A stretch of DNA of 64,000 nucleotides from assembly GCA_965247095.1 (NCBI GenBank), contig OZ251997.1, forward strand, positions 2,624,001-2,688,000, written 5' to 3'. Under the pieces are notes generated by a model. It did not search any database. It was not told the origin of the DNA and was given only the letters and a program-made list of their open reading frames with translations. Shown one piece after another: positions 9,425-18,408 of this stretch. Origin of the DNA: Candidatus Multivorans sp. (GTDB taxonomy: Bacteria > Acidobacteriota > Thermoanaerobaculia > Multivoradales > Multivoraceae). How positions within the stretch are numbered: position 1 is the stretch's first letter; each line of letters begins with the position of its first letter. The position numbers and the translations under genes were made by a program.

Positions 9425-10624
9425 CTAACTCCCGGCTGGTGGAAGAACCGTCATCTTCATCCAGTCCGCCGTGTTGTGAAAGTCCGCCCGGGAGTTCTCC
9501 GGATAGTCGGACTCGCTCAGGTAGCGGCCGGCGAGCACGCCCATCGCCATCGGCGCCCAGGTAATCACGCCCACGCCGAGGCGCTGGCACATCGGGATCA
9601 GCTCGTTCTCGATCCGGCGGTCGAGCAGGTTGTAGGGCGGTTGCTCGCTGACGAAGCGGGCGTAGCCCTTCAGTTCGCTCGTCATCACGGCTTCGGCGAC
9701 CATCCAGGCCGGGTGGGTCGAGCAGCCGATGTAGCGGATCTTGCCGGTCCGCACCAGGTCGTCCAGAGCTCTCAGGATCTCGTCGAACGGGATCTCGGGC
9801 GACGGGCGGTGCAGTTGATAGAGGTCGATGTAGTCGGTCTGCAACCTTCGGAGCGACGCCTCGCAGGCGCGGATCAGGTTGAGGCGCGAGTGGCCGTACT
9901 CGTTGGGACCGATGCTGGCGGTGTAGTCCGTAACGCTCTCGCCGACGACTCGCCGCCCGAACGTGGTGTTGAAGAACTCGAGGTCGTCCTGGATGAACTG
10001 GAAGCCCTGCAGTCCCGTTTCGAGAAAGGCCATGTGGTCCGTGCAGCAGGTGTTGCCGGGCACGATCCAGGACATCCCCACATCGTGGAAGGGCGCCATC
10101 CAGGCCTCGAAGATCGGTCGCGCCCTGTCGTTGCCCTGCAGGTAGATGCCTCGGAAGCGGCCGTACCAGTCGACGTTGAAGTACACGGACAGGTTCGCGT
10201 GCGCGGCCGGCTTCTCGGGCGACTCGGGATCGCCGAAGTGCTCGCGCACGTAGACCCGGGAGCCGAGCAGCCCGCTCTCTTCCGCGCCCCAGAGCGCTGC
10301 TCGGATCGTGCGCCGGGGCTTGAGGTCGAGGGCCCGCAGGAGCCGCATCGCCTCCATCACGATCGCACTGCCCGCCGCGTTGTCGGTGGCAGCCGTCGTA
10401 GGAGGGGAGTTCGCGTACCGGGGACCGTAGACGTCGGTCAGGACGCGGGCGAACTCCATCACCTGGGAGCGCCGAAAGCCCTCGTCGCGCAGGTCGGCTA
10501 CGACGGTCTCGGCGCCAGCGGTCGGCTTGCCGTCGCCGTGTTCCTCGGCGCGAGACTCGTTCCCGCCGAGCAGCGCAACGAGCGCGAGGAGTGCCGGCAT
10601 CCGGGTGACACCGCGTGCGATCAT
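9425..10624 (-). pseudogene. Chimera: M28 aminopeptidase/carboxypeptidase Q-like fragments fused to aldo/keto reductase fragments
   Basis: Signal peptide, [33 protein letters not shown] (M28), then in frame [37 protein letters not shown] (AKR). Confidence 0.8.
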
Positions 10625-10663
10625 CAGCAGCCTGGCACTATACAGCCGTCCCGGGCACACGGA

Positions 10664-10693
10664 TGGCACGCGGGCGTCTCGCCCGCATCCGGC
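10664..10693 (+). repeat. REP-like palindrome, copy 3
   Basis: TGGCAC-GCGGGCG-TCT-CGCCCGC-ATCCGGC. Confidence 0.8.
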
Positions 10694-10699
10694 GGCGAC

Positions 10700-11188
10700 T
10701 ACACTGCCGCAGTGTCGGCCATCGATTTCGTCCAGCGGATGATCTCGGCCGATTCGGGCCGCTCGGCCAAGCGCGGCTGCTATCTGGCCGCGGGGCTGAC
10801 GCTGGTGGTCGGGCTCGCCGTCTCCCTGATCGGGCTGTCGGCGTTCTACTTCGGCCGGGACCCGGGTTCCTCGCTGCTGATCGACCTCGCCTTGAGCGAT
10901 CTGCCGGGCCTGGTGGGCGGCGGGATCCTGCTCGGTCTGTTCTGGCGCAAGGCGAACACTCCGGGGGCACTGGCCGGTGTGATTGCCGGTAGCGTCGCCC
11001 GAATGACTCTCCACTTCGCGGTGGCCGATGCGTACCGCGGCCTCGACACCCTGCTGGCGCCGGTCTTCAGCCTGGCCGCCATGGTGACCGTGTCGCTGCT
11101 GACCCAGGCCGCGTATCGACCGCGGCACGACGAGTTGAAGCGCGTGCCGTCCGAGCGCGATCTTGTGGCTGGCCTGGACGGCGCCTAG
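10700..11188 (+). pseudogene. Sodium:solute symporter C-terminal fragment
   Basis: [11 protein letters not shown]...GCYLAAG and [19 protein letters not shown]...[12 protein letters not shown] are typical SSS helices; the N-terminal half is absent. Confidence 0.7.
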
Positions 11189-11222
11189 GAGTCCGCGAGG
11201 CGGAGCGATGGGCCACTCTGGA

Positions 11223-11257
11223 CCTGGGAACGCGGGCGTCTCGCCCGCATCCGGCGC
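11223..11257 (+). repeat. REP-like palindrome, copy 4, abutting IS630
   Basis: CCTGGGAACGCGGGCGTCTCGCCCGCATCCGGCGC, whose last base is the C of the CTAG at the IS630 boundary. Confidence 0.85.
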
Positions 11258-12398
11258 TAGTGTAGTGTCTCCGATATGGGTTGACAGTTTCGGGCAAGTT
11301 CGTCAGTATGCCGTTCATGTGGGAACCAGCGGAACGACTTCACATCGAAGAGAGGGATCGAGCGCTTCTCAAGAAATGGGTAGAGGCGCCGACGACGACG
11401 CAACGCACGGTCCGGCGTAGCCGGATCGTGCTCGCTGCGGCGGAGGGCACGGCCAATCGGGCGATTGCGGCGAAACTCGGCGTTTCGCGGCCCACGGTGC
11501 TGCTGTGGCGTCGTCGGTTCGCGGAGGACGGACCTTCGGGGCTGACCAGGGATCGTCCCCGCGGTTGCGGAAAGCCGCCGCTCTCGGAGTCGGTCGTGCG
11601 TAAAGTGATCGAAGCGACGCTGCACGAGAAGCCGCCCGGTCAGACCCACTGGAGCGTGCGTTCGATGGCTCGGGCCCAGGGCATCAGTCCGGCGGCGGTC
11701 CAGCGCATCTGGGTGGCGCACGGGCTGAAGCCCCATCTGGTCAAGACGTTCAAGCTGAGCAACGACCCCAGGTTCGTGGAAAAGCTGCGGGACGTTGTGG
11801 GCCTGTACCGGAATCCGCCCGAGAACGCGCTTGTGCTGTGCGTGGACGAGAAGAGCCAGATCCAGGCTCTGGACCGGACCCAGCCGGGCTTGCCGCTCAA
11901 GCGCGGCCGCGCGGGAACGATGACCCACGACTACAAGCGCAACGGGACGACGACGTTGTTCGCTGCGCTGAACGTGTTGGAGGGCACGGTGATCGCGGAG
12001 TGCATGGGCCGGCAGCGCCACCAGGAGTTTCTCCGTTTCCTCAAGCGTCTCGACCGTGAGATCCCGAAGCATCTCGACCTGCACCTGATCCTGGACAACT
12101 ACCAGACCCACAAACACGACGCCGTGCGCGCATGGCTGGAGCGAAAGCCTCGCTTCCACTTCCATTTCATTCCCACTTCGTCGCCCTGGCTCAACCTGGT
12201 CGAACGCTGGCTGGGCGGTCTGACCACGAAGGCGATCCGGCGCGGTGCATTCCAGAGCGTCAACGACCTCGTAAAGACCATCTACGACTACGTGGAGCAC
12301 AGCAACGAAAACTCCCGGCCGTTCGTCTGGACGGCCACCGCCGACAGCATCATCGCAAAGGTTACACGTGGTAAAGCCATGTTGGAGACAGTACACTA
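11258..12398 (+). mobile_element. IS630-family insertion sequence
   Basis: Terminal inverted repeats TAGTGTAGTGTCTCCGATATGG / CCATGTTGGAGACAGTACACTA; CTAG at both ends, consistent with a TA target. Confidence 0.9.
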
Positions 12399-12399
12399 G
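11308..12399 (+). CDS. IS630 transposase
   Basis: VLCVDEKSQIQALDRTQP, THDYKRNGTTTLFAAL, LILDNYQTHK, PTSSPWLNLVERW. Confidence 0.92.
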   Translation: MPFMWEPAERLHIEERDRALLKKWVEAPTTTQRTVRRSRIVLAAAEGTANRAIAAKLGVSRPTVLLWRRRFAEDGPSGLTRDRPRGCGKPPLSESVVRKVIEATLHEKPPGQTHWSVRSMARAQGISPAAVQRIWVAHGLKPHLVKTFKLSNDPRFVEKLRDVVGLYRNPPENALVLCVDEKSQIQALDRTQPGLPLKRGRAGTMTHDYKRNGTTTLFAALNVLEGTVIAECMGRQRHQEFLRFLKRLDREIPKHLDLHLILDNYQTHKHDAVRAWLERKPRFHFHFIPTSSPWLNLVERWLGGLTTKAIRRGAFQSVNDLVKTIYDYVEHSNENSRPFVWTATADSIIAKVTRGKAMLETVH

Positions 12400-12673
12400 C
12401 AGCAGCCTCGACGAACAGGTTCGGCGCCTGGAGCGCCTGCTCCGACGCGAGCTCGAGGCGGAGGGCCTCAAGGTGGAGGAAGCTGTCGAGAAGGGCGAAC
12501 GGGTGCTGGTCATCGGCGAAATGAGGATCTTCCCCCGGCGTCTTCTCGAAGGCCAACTCACGGCAGCCGATACAAGCGACTCGAGCACCGTCGACCTCGA
12601 TTGGCTCGCCGCCGCCCACCGCAGTTACTTCCGCAACCTGCGCCGGTTCCATCCGAGTCTGGTCGTTCGGTAG
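12400..12673 (+). pseudogene. Hypothetical protein fragment with start cut by IS630
   Basis: Protein-like, codon-biased frame (LDEQVRRLERLLRRELEAEG...SYFRNLRRFHPSLVVR) with no own start outside the IS. Confidence 0.4.
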
Positions 12674-12723
12674 CAGCGTGCGCGGCAGGAAGAATCGGCG
12701 TACCCCATGTTCTGCGGCGCACG

Positions 12724-13025
12724 CTTGCATGGAACAAACCCCTCGTCCTGGCCGGCCCTTCGTGCCTAATGCGGGCGAGACGCCCGCGTTCCCCAGGGCG
12801 GACCGAAGTAGCGACCACGCTCTTACGGTGTTCCCTGCGCGACAGCGCAGCGATACCGCTGTGGGTACTTGCATGGAACAAACCCCTCGTCCTGGCCGGC
12901 CCTTCGTGCCTAATGCGGGCGAGACGCCCGCGTTCCCCAGGGCGGACCGAAGTAGCGACCACGCTCTTACGGTGTTCCCTGCGCGACAGCGCAGCGATAC
13001 CGCTGTGGGTACTTGCATGGAACAA
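12724..13025. repeat. Tandem duplication, 2 x 144 bp plus 14 bp; each unit carries an inverted REP copy (12769-12797, 12913-12941)
   Basis: CTTGCATGGAACAA recurs at 12724, 12868 and 13012; units are identical by eye. Confidence 0.9.
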
Positions 13026-13098
13026 GCCCTGTTCCCTGTGCGTCAGCGCGGCGCGGACGCCGCGACTCGACTCCTAGCCGGCGTACACTTGGCGGCCG

Positions 13099-14148
13099 AT
13101 GCGGAACGCCTTGGCTCTGGGCCGTCGATCGATCCTGCTAGCGCTCGCGGCGGCCGCGGCCGCGGTGGGCTGCGGCGGTGACGGCCGGACGCCGGTGGTC
13201 GTCTACTCGCCGCACGGCCGGGATCTTCTGACCGTCGTCGAGCAGGCTTACGAGCAGGCCCGTCCCGATGTCGATGTCCGTTGGCTCGACATGGGTTCGC
13301 AGGAGGTCTACGACCGCATCCGCTCGGAGCGTGCGAACCCGCAGGCGGACGTGTGGTTCGGCGGCCCGGCGACGATCCTGGCCCGCGGCGCGGCGGAGGG
13401 CCTGCTGGCGCCGTTCGAGCCCTCGTGGGCCGGCGCTCTCGATGCCGCCGACCGGCATCCTGAAGGTCTCTACTACACGCTCTACCAGACGCCGACGATC
13501 ATCGTCTACAACCGCGACGCGATCAGCGCCGAGGAGGCGCCGGCCGACTGGGACGATCTGCTGGACGAGCGCTGGCAGGACGAGATCGTGATCCGCGACC
13601 CGCTCGCCAGCGGCACGATGCGGACGATCTTCGGCAAGATCCTGGCCGACTCGGTGGTCGAGACCGGCAGCACGGAGGCCGGCTTCGACTGGTTGCGACG
13701 GCTCGACGGACAGACCCGGGAGTACGTGCACAGTCCGGCGGTGCTGCACGAGAAGCTGACCCGCCAGGAGGGTCTGCTCACGCTCTGGGAAATGACGGAC
13801 ACGCTGTCCCTGATCGACCGGGGCGCGCCCGTGGCGTACCGGTTCCCGGAGAGCGGAACGGCCGTGATCCAGGACTCGGTGGGCGTCGTCGCGGGCGCCC
13901 GCCACCCGGACGCGGCGGCGGCCTTCGTCGAGTGGCTGGGCTCGCCCGAAGCCCTGGGTCTGGCGGTGCGCGAGGCGTTCCGCCTGCCGGCCCGGGGCGA
14001 CCTGGACGCGGCGGAGCTCGCGCCCTGGGTGGCGGACGTGCAGTCGCGGCTGCGCCGGGCCGAGGTCGACTGGCAGATGATCGAGGAGAACGGCAGCGAG
14101 TGGATGGCGCAGTGGGACCGGGCCGTTCGCGGCCAGGGCGGAGGATGA
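13099..14148 (+). CDS. ABC transporter substrate-binding lipoprotein (Fe3+/polyamine/phosphonate cluster)
   Basis: Lipobox AVGC; SERANPQADVWFGG, PADWDDLLDERW, DPLASGT. Confidence 0.85.
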   Translation: MRNALALGRRSILLALAAAAAAVGCGGDGRTPVVVYSPHGRDLLTVVEQAYEQARPDVDVRWLDMGSQEVYDRIRSERANPQADVWFGGPATILARGAAEGLLAPFEPSWAGALDAADRHPEGLYYTLYQTPTIIVYNRDAISAEEAPADWDDLLDERWQDEIVIRDPLASGTMRTIFGKILADSVVETGSTEAGFDWLRRLDGQTREYVHSPAVLHEKLTRQEGLLTLWEMTDTLSLIDRGAPVAYRFPESGTAVIQDSVGVVAGARHPDAAAAFVEWLGSPEALGLAVREAFRLPARGDLDAAELAPWVADVQSRLRRAEVDWQMIEENGSEWMAQWDRAVRGQGGG

Positions 14149-15287
14149 GTCTGACGGCGGGCGTCTCCGTCCGGTTCGACGACGTCTTCAAGTCGTTCGA
14201 CGACACGGTCGTCCTCGCCGGCGTCTCGCTCACCGTTGAACCAGGTGAGATCTTCGCCCTGCTGGGGCCGAGCGGCAGCGGCAAGACGACCATGCTGCGG
14301 CTGCTGGCGGGCTTCGAGCAGCTCGACCGCGGCCGCCTGCTGATCGCGGACGAGGCGGTCGAGCACCTGCCGCCCGCCCGCCGCGGCGTCGGCATGTTGT
14401 TCCAGAGCTACGCGCTCTTCCCGCATCTGAGCGTGGCGGAGAACGTGGCCTTCGGTCTCAAGGTCCGCGGCGGCGGGCAGGGCGAGGTGCAGGGGCGGGT
14501 GGCCGAGATGCTCGAGCTCGTGCGCCTCGGCGGTTTCGAGGCGCGCCGCATCGCCGAGCTCTCGGGCGGCCAGCAGCAGCGGGTCGCCCTGGCCCGGGCA
14601 TTGGCGCCGCGGCCGCGGGTGCTGCTGCTGGACGAGCCGCTATCGAACCTCGATCCGGCGCTGCGTGAGGAGACCCGCGCAGATCTGCGCCGTGCGGTCA
14701 AGCAGACCGGCATCACGACGGTGCTGGTCACCCACGAACAGGAGGAGGCGTTCGAGCTCGGCGAACGGATCGGGGTTCTCAACGGCGGCCGCCTGGAGCA
14801 GGTCGCGGCGCCCGCCGAGCTGTACCAGGATCCGGCTTCGCGCTTTGTGGCGACGTTCGTCGGCCGCTGCTCCGTGCTGCCGGGGGTGGTCGAAGCCGGG
14901 GGCGACGGCGGCGCGCTCGACGTTCGGATCGAATCGCAGGGGGCGCCGCAGGTCTGGCGTTGCCGGGGCGGCGACGGGATCGGGGCCGGCGACCGGGTCG
15001 ATGTCTGCGTTCGCCCGGAATCCCTGGAGCTGGCGACGGGCGCGGGCGCCGGGCTGGCGGGCGAGATCGCCGCGGAGCGCTACACCGGCAGCAACAGCTT
15101 CTACACGGTTCGGTTGACCACGCCGTCGGGCGGGTCGGGGGCCGCGTCGCGTTCGGTCACCGTCGAGGTGGCGATGCCCGGCACCGCGGCCGGTCTGACC
15201 GGCGCCTGCGTGGTGCGACCGCTTCCGGAGGAGCCGCCGTGCGTTTTCGCGGCCGGGGCAGCCGGGGCAACCGGGGCCGAACCTTGA
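14145..15287 (+). CDS. ABC transporter ATP-binding protein (FbpC/PotA-like)
   Basis: GPSGSGKT, FQSYALFPHL, LSGGQQQRVALARAL, LLLDEPLSNLD. Confidence 0.92.
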   Translation: MSLTAGVSVRFDDVFKSFDDTVVLAGVSLTVEPGEIFALLGPSGSGKTTMLRLLAGFEQLDRGRLLIADEAVEHLPPARRGVGMLFQSYALFPHLSVAENVAFGLKVRGGGQGEVQGRVAEMLELVRLGGFEARRIAELSGGQQQRVALARALAPRPRVLLLDEPLSNLDPALREETRADLRRAVKQTGITTVLVTHEQEEAFELGERIGVLNGGRLEQVAAPAELYQDPASRFVATFVGRCSVLPGVVEAGGDGGALDVRIESQGAPQVWRCRGGDGIGAGDRVDVCVRPESLELATGAGAGLAGEIAAERYTGSNSFYTVRLTTPSGGSGAASRSVTVEVAMPGTAAGLTGACVVRPLPEEPPCVFAAGAAGATGAEP

Positions 15288-16972
15288 ACTCGGCCAGTCG
15301 CGGCCGCGGCTCGTTGCAGCTCCGGTCGCTGATGCCGTGGCTGCTGCTGGCGTTCCTGGTCTGGCTGGTCGGCTATCCGCTGCTCGTGGTGGCGGCCGAG
15401 GCGTTCGGCATCGGCGGTCTGGAGGGGGACGGTCCGACGACGGAGGCGTTCCGCTCCTTCTTCAGCCGGGCGGACGAGTGGAACGCGATGTGGCGGACGC
15501 TGTGGATCTCCGTGCTGTCCACGCTCGCCGCGGCCGCGGTCGGGGTGCCGCTCGGCTTCCTGTTCGAGCGCAACGAGATTCCGGGCCGGCGTCTTCTCGG
15601 CGCCCTGGTCGCGCTGCCGGTGGCGCTACCGCCGCTGGTGGGCGTCATCGCGTTTCTCTTCCTCTACGGCGAGAGCGGTCTCGCCGCGCGGGGGCTGCAG
15701 ACCCTGGGTCTCGACGTGTCGTGGCGGCTGACCGGGCCGGCGGCCATCCTCCTGGTCCACGCGTACTCGATGTACGTGTACTTCTACCTGTTCACCCGGG
15801 CGGGACTCTCCGGGCAGGACGGCGCCGCCATCGAGGCCGCCCAGAGCCTGGGCGCGAAGCGGTCGCAGATCCTGTTCCGGGTCACCCTGCCGCGGCTGCG
15901 GCCGGCCCTGGCGGGCGCCACGCTGCTCACCTTCATGACCTCGCTCGGCTCGTTCTCGGCCCCCTACATCTTCGGCGGCGGCTTCCGCGTGATGACCACG
16001 CAGATCGTCGCCTCCAAGCTGAACGGGGAGCTGCGCATGGCCTACGTCGAGACGACCATGCTGGCGCTGATGGCGTTCGGCGCCCTGCTCCTGCTGCGCC
16101 GGATCGATCCGGGCCTGGACCTGGCGTCGGGCGCGCGTGGCACGCCGCCGGCGCGGCGGCGCCTGCACAGCCGGGGCGGCCGCGTTGCCGCCGCAGCCGG
16201 CGGCTGGATCCTCGCCGGGGTCTTGCTCCTGCCGCATGCGACGTTGATCCTGATGTCGCTTGTGCCGCCGAACACCTGGACCGTGGAGGCGTTCCCGCCG
16301 GTCCTGGGCCTCGTCAACTACGGCGATCTGCTGTCGTCGGCGGAACGGCTGCGGCCGGCCCTGAACTCGCTCTGGATGGCCGCCGCGGCGACGCTGGCGG
16401 CGGTGGTCGTGGGCGTCGTGACGGCGCGCCTGTCGCTCCGGCGCGGCGGTCTGCCCGGGCGCGCACTGGAGACGATGATGACCCTGCCCTGGGCGATTCC
16501 GGGGACGGTCTTCGCCCTCGCCCTGGCCGCGGCGATGAGCGTCAACGCTCCCTGGGTCGGTCGCTTCGTGCTGGTGGGCACGATCTGGATCCTGCCGCTG
16601 GCCTACCTGGTGCGCTCCCTGCCGCTGACCGGCCGCTCGGTGTTCGCGGCCCTGCGGCAGCTCGACCCGCGCCTGGAGGAGGCCGCGGCGAGTCTCGGCG
16701 CCGGCGCGTTGAGAACGGTGCTGCAGATCGTGCTCCCCCTGCTGCGGCCGGCGGTGATCGCGGGCGCCGGCCTTGCCTTCATCACCATGCTGGGCGACTT
16801 CGTGACCTCGATCGTGCTCTACACCTACGACACCCGCCCGATCTCGATCGAGATCCAGTCCAGCCTGCGGATCCAGGAGACCGGTATTGCCGCCGCCTAC
16901 GGCGTGCTGCTCATGCTCTTGAGCGCGGCCGCATTCATCGCCTGGAACGACCGCGCCGGCGGGCGGCTCTGA
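15284..16972 (+). CDS. ABC transporter permease (FbpB-like, duplicated domain)
   Basis: Two EAA motifs (IEAAQSLGA, LEEAAASLGA); many TM helices. Confidence 0.88.
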   Translation: MNSASRGRGSLQLRSLMPWLLLAFLVWLVGYPLLVVAAEAFGIGGLEGDGPTTEAFRSFFSRADEWNAMWRTLWISVLSTLAAAAVGVPLGFLFERNEIPGRRLLGALVALPVALPPLVGVIAFLFLYGESGLAARGLQTLGLDVSWRLTGPAAILLVHAYSMYVYFYLFTRAGLSGQDGAAIEAAQSLGAKRSQILFRVTLPRLRPALAGATLLTFMTSLGSFSAPYIFGGGFRVMTTQIVASKLNGELRMAYVETTMLALMAFGALLLLRRIDPGLDLASGARGTPPARRRLHSRGGRVAAAAGGWILAGVLLLPHATLILMSLVPPNTWTVEAFPPVLGLVNYGDLLSSAERLRPALNSLWMAAAATLAAVVVGVVTARLSLRRGGLPGRALETMMTLPWAIPGTVFALALAAAMSVNAPWVGRFVLVGTIWILPLAYLVRSLPLTGRSVFAALRQLDPRLEEAAASLGAGALRTVLQIVLPLLRPAVIAGAGLAFITMLGDFVTSIVLYTYDTRPISIEIQSSLRIQETGIAAAYGVLLMLLSAAAFIAWNDRAGGRL

Positions 16973-16991
16973 GCGCGGGCCGCCTCCTGCT

Positions 16992-18167
16992 GTGCCGCGA
17001 CTGATCGACCATCGCCTGGGGGCGCTGATGGCGGTCGCGTTCGTGTGCACGCTGGGCGAGTTCCTAGTCGTAGCACTTCTCCCGTTCTACGCGGAGCGAT
17101 ACGGCGCGAGTCCCTTCGAAGTCGGCGCTCTGGTGTCCGCCTTCGCCCTGGCGGCGATGGCGACCGCACCGCTCTGGGGCCGGCTCGCCGACCGCTCGGG
17201 GCGCAGGCCGGCGCTGCTGCTCGGCCTTCTGGTGTCGGCTGTGGGCTTCGCCCTTTTCGGCGTGGCGCAGTCGATCGAGTTGCTGCTGCTGAGCCGCCTG
17301 GTGCAGGGTGTGGGTGGCGGCACGGTGCCGGTGGTGTTCGCCTACATCGCCGACTCGGTGACCGGCGAGCGGCGCGCCGAGGGTGTCGGGTGGGTGACCG
17401 CCGTCACCAGCTCAGCGGCGATGATCGGCCCGGCCGTGGGCAGTTTCGCGGGCCAGGTCCATCCGGCCGGGCCCGGAGCGGTGGCCGCGGCGCTCAGCGT
17501 GGCGGCCGCGGTGTTCGCGCACTTCTGGCTGCCGGAGTCGCGGCCGCGAGGGACGCCGAGCGGCGAGGGGGAGGAGGCGCGGTACTCGATCCTGGGGGCC
17601 GTCGGCCGGGTAGCCGCACAGCCGCTTCGCCCGCTCAATCTCCTGATCTGGATCTACGCCGCCGGGCAAATCGGCATGGCGGGGATGACGGCGATCATCG
17701 GCCTCTACCTGGGGCGTCGTTTCGGAGTGGACGAGTCGAACATCGGGTTGTTCTTCTTCTATCTGGGCGGCCTGTCCATCGTCTTCCGCGTTCTCGTTCT
17801 GGGGCGGGCGGTCCGTCGCTGGGGCGAGGTCAACGTCTTGCGCACCGGCGCCTTGAGCTTCGGCGCCGGGCTGATTGCGATCCCGTTCGCCACCGGGCTA
17901 TGGACGCTCGGGGCGGCGATCTTCCTCGTCCCGTTGGGCACTTCGCTGCTGTTCCCGTGCACGACCTCGCAGGTCTCGAAGCGCGCCCCCGGAAGCGGCG
18001 TCGTGGGGCAGGTGCTCGGCGTGCAACAGGCCTACGGCAACGCCAGCAAGATCGCCGCGCCGCTCCTTGCGGGCTATCTGTTCCAGGAGCTGTCGCCGGG
18101 CGCGCCGTTCGTGGTCATCGGCGCAGTGCTGCTCGTTGCTGCCGTGGCGTCGTTCCGGTTGCGGTGA
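16992..18167 (+). CDS. MFS transporter (TetA/DHA1-like)
   Basis: Motif A GRLADRSGRRP, SRLVQGVGGG, IGPAVG; about 12 TM helices. Confidence 0.88.
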   Translation: MPRLIDHRLGALMAVAFVCTLGEFLVVALLPFYAERYGASPFEVGALVSAFALAAMATAPLWGRLADRSGRRPALLLGLLVSAVGFALFGVAQSIELLLLSRLVQGVGGGTVPVVFAYIADSVTGERRAEGVGWVTAVTSSAAMIGPAVGSFAGQVHPAGPGAVAAALSVAAAVFAHFWLPESRPRGTPSGEGEEARYSILGAVGRVAAQPLRPLNLLIWIYAAGQIGMAGMTAIIGLYLGRRFGVDESNIGLFFFYLGGLSIVFRVLVLGRAVRRWGEVNVLRTGALSFGAGLIAIPFATGLWTLGAAIFLVPLGTSLLFPCTTSQVSKRAPGSGVVGQVLGVQQAYGNASKIAAPLLAGYLFQELSPGAPFVVIGAVLLVAAVASFRLR

Positions 18168-18212
18168 TCGCTGCGCTCTACCCGGACGTCGGGTCGCATT
18201 CAGTGCTGCCGT

Positions 18213-18408
18213 TTATCCATTGACCAGACCCACGCAGAGACAACCGGCGAAGCCCGCCGGAGAAAGTCGCCACAGTCCGGGAATGTCGAGGCCGATGGCC
18301 GCGGGCCGGGTCGGATCCGGCTGCCTCGTCAGGGCCACTGGAACCAGCGCGAGGGTGAGGAGGATCGCCGTGCTGAACAGCAGGGCGGCAGTTGCCTGAG
18401 CATCGCGG
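18213..18408 (-). pseudogene. Internal fragment of an MFS transporter (YcaD-like)
   Basis: AILLTLALVPVALTRQPDP...LWRLSPAGFAGCLCVGLVNG resembles the MFS central linker and TM7; no start, truncated. Confidence 0.5.

Noticed and set aside
4629-11257. Integron cassette array with REPs as attC sites
   Set aside because: No integron integrase, no RYYYAAC/GTTRRRY ends, and mixed gene orientations.
12724-13025. Possible CRISPR array
   Set aside because: Whole 144-bp units are identical, with no unique spacers, and there are no cas genes in the window.
12362-13181. Repeat-containing proteins predicted over the tandem duplication
   Set aside because: Open frames on both strands arise because the 144-bp unit is a multiple of three; no codon bias or RBS.
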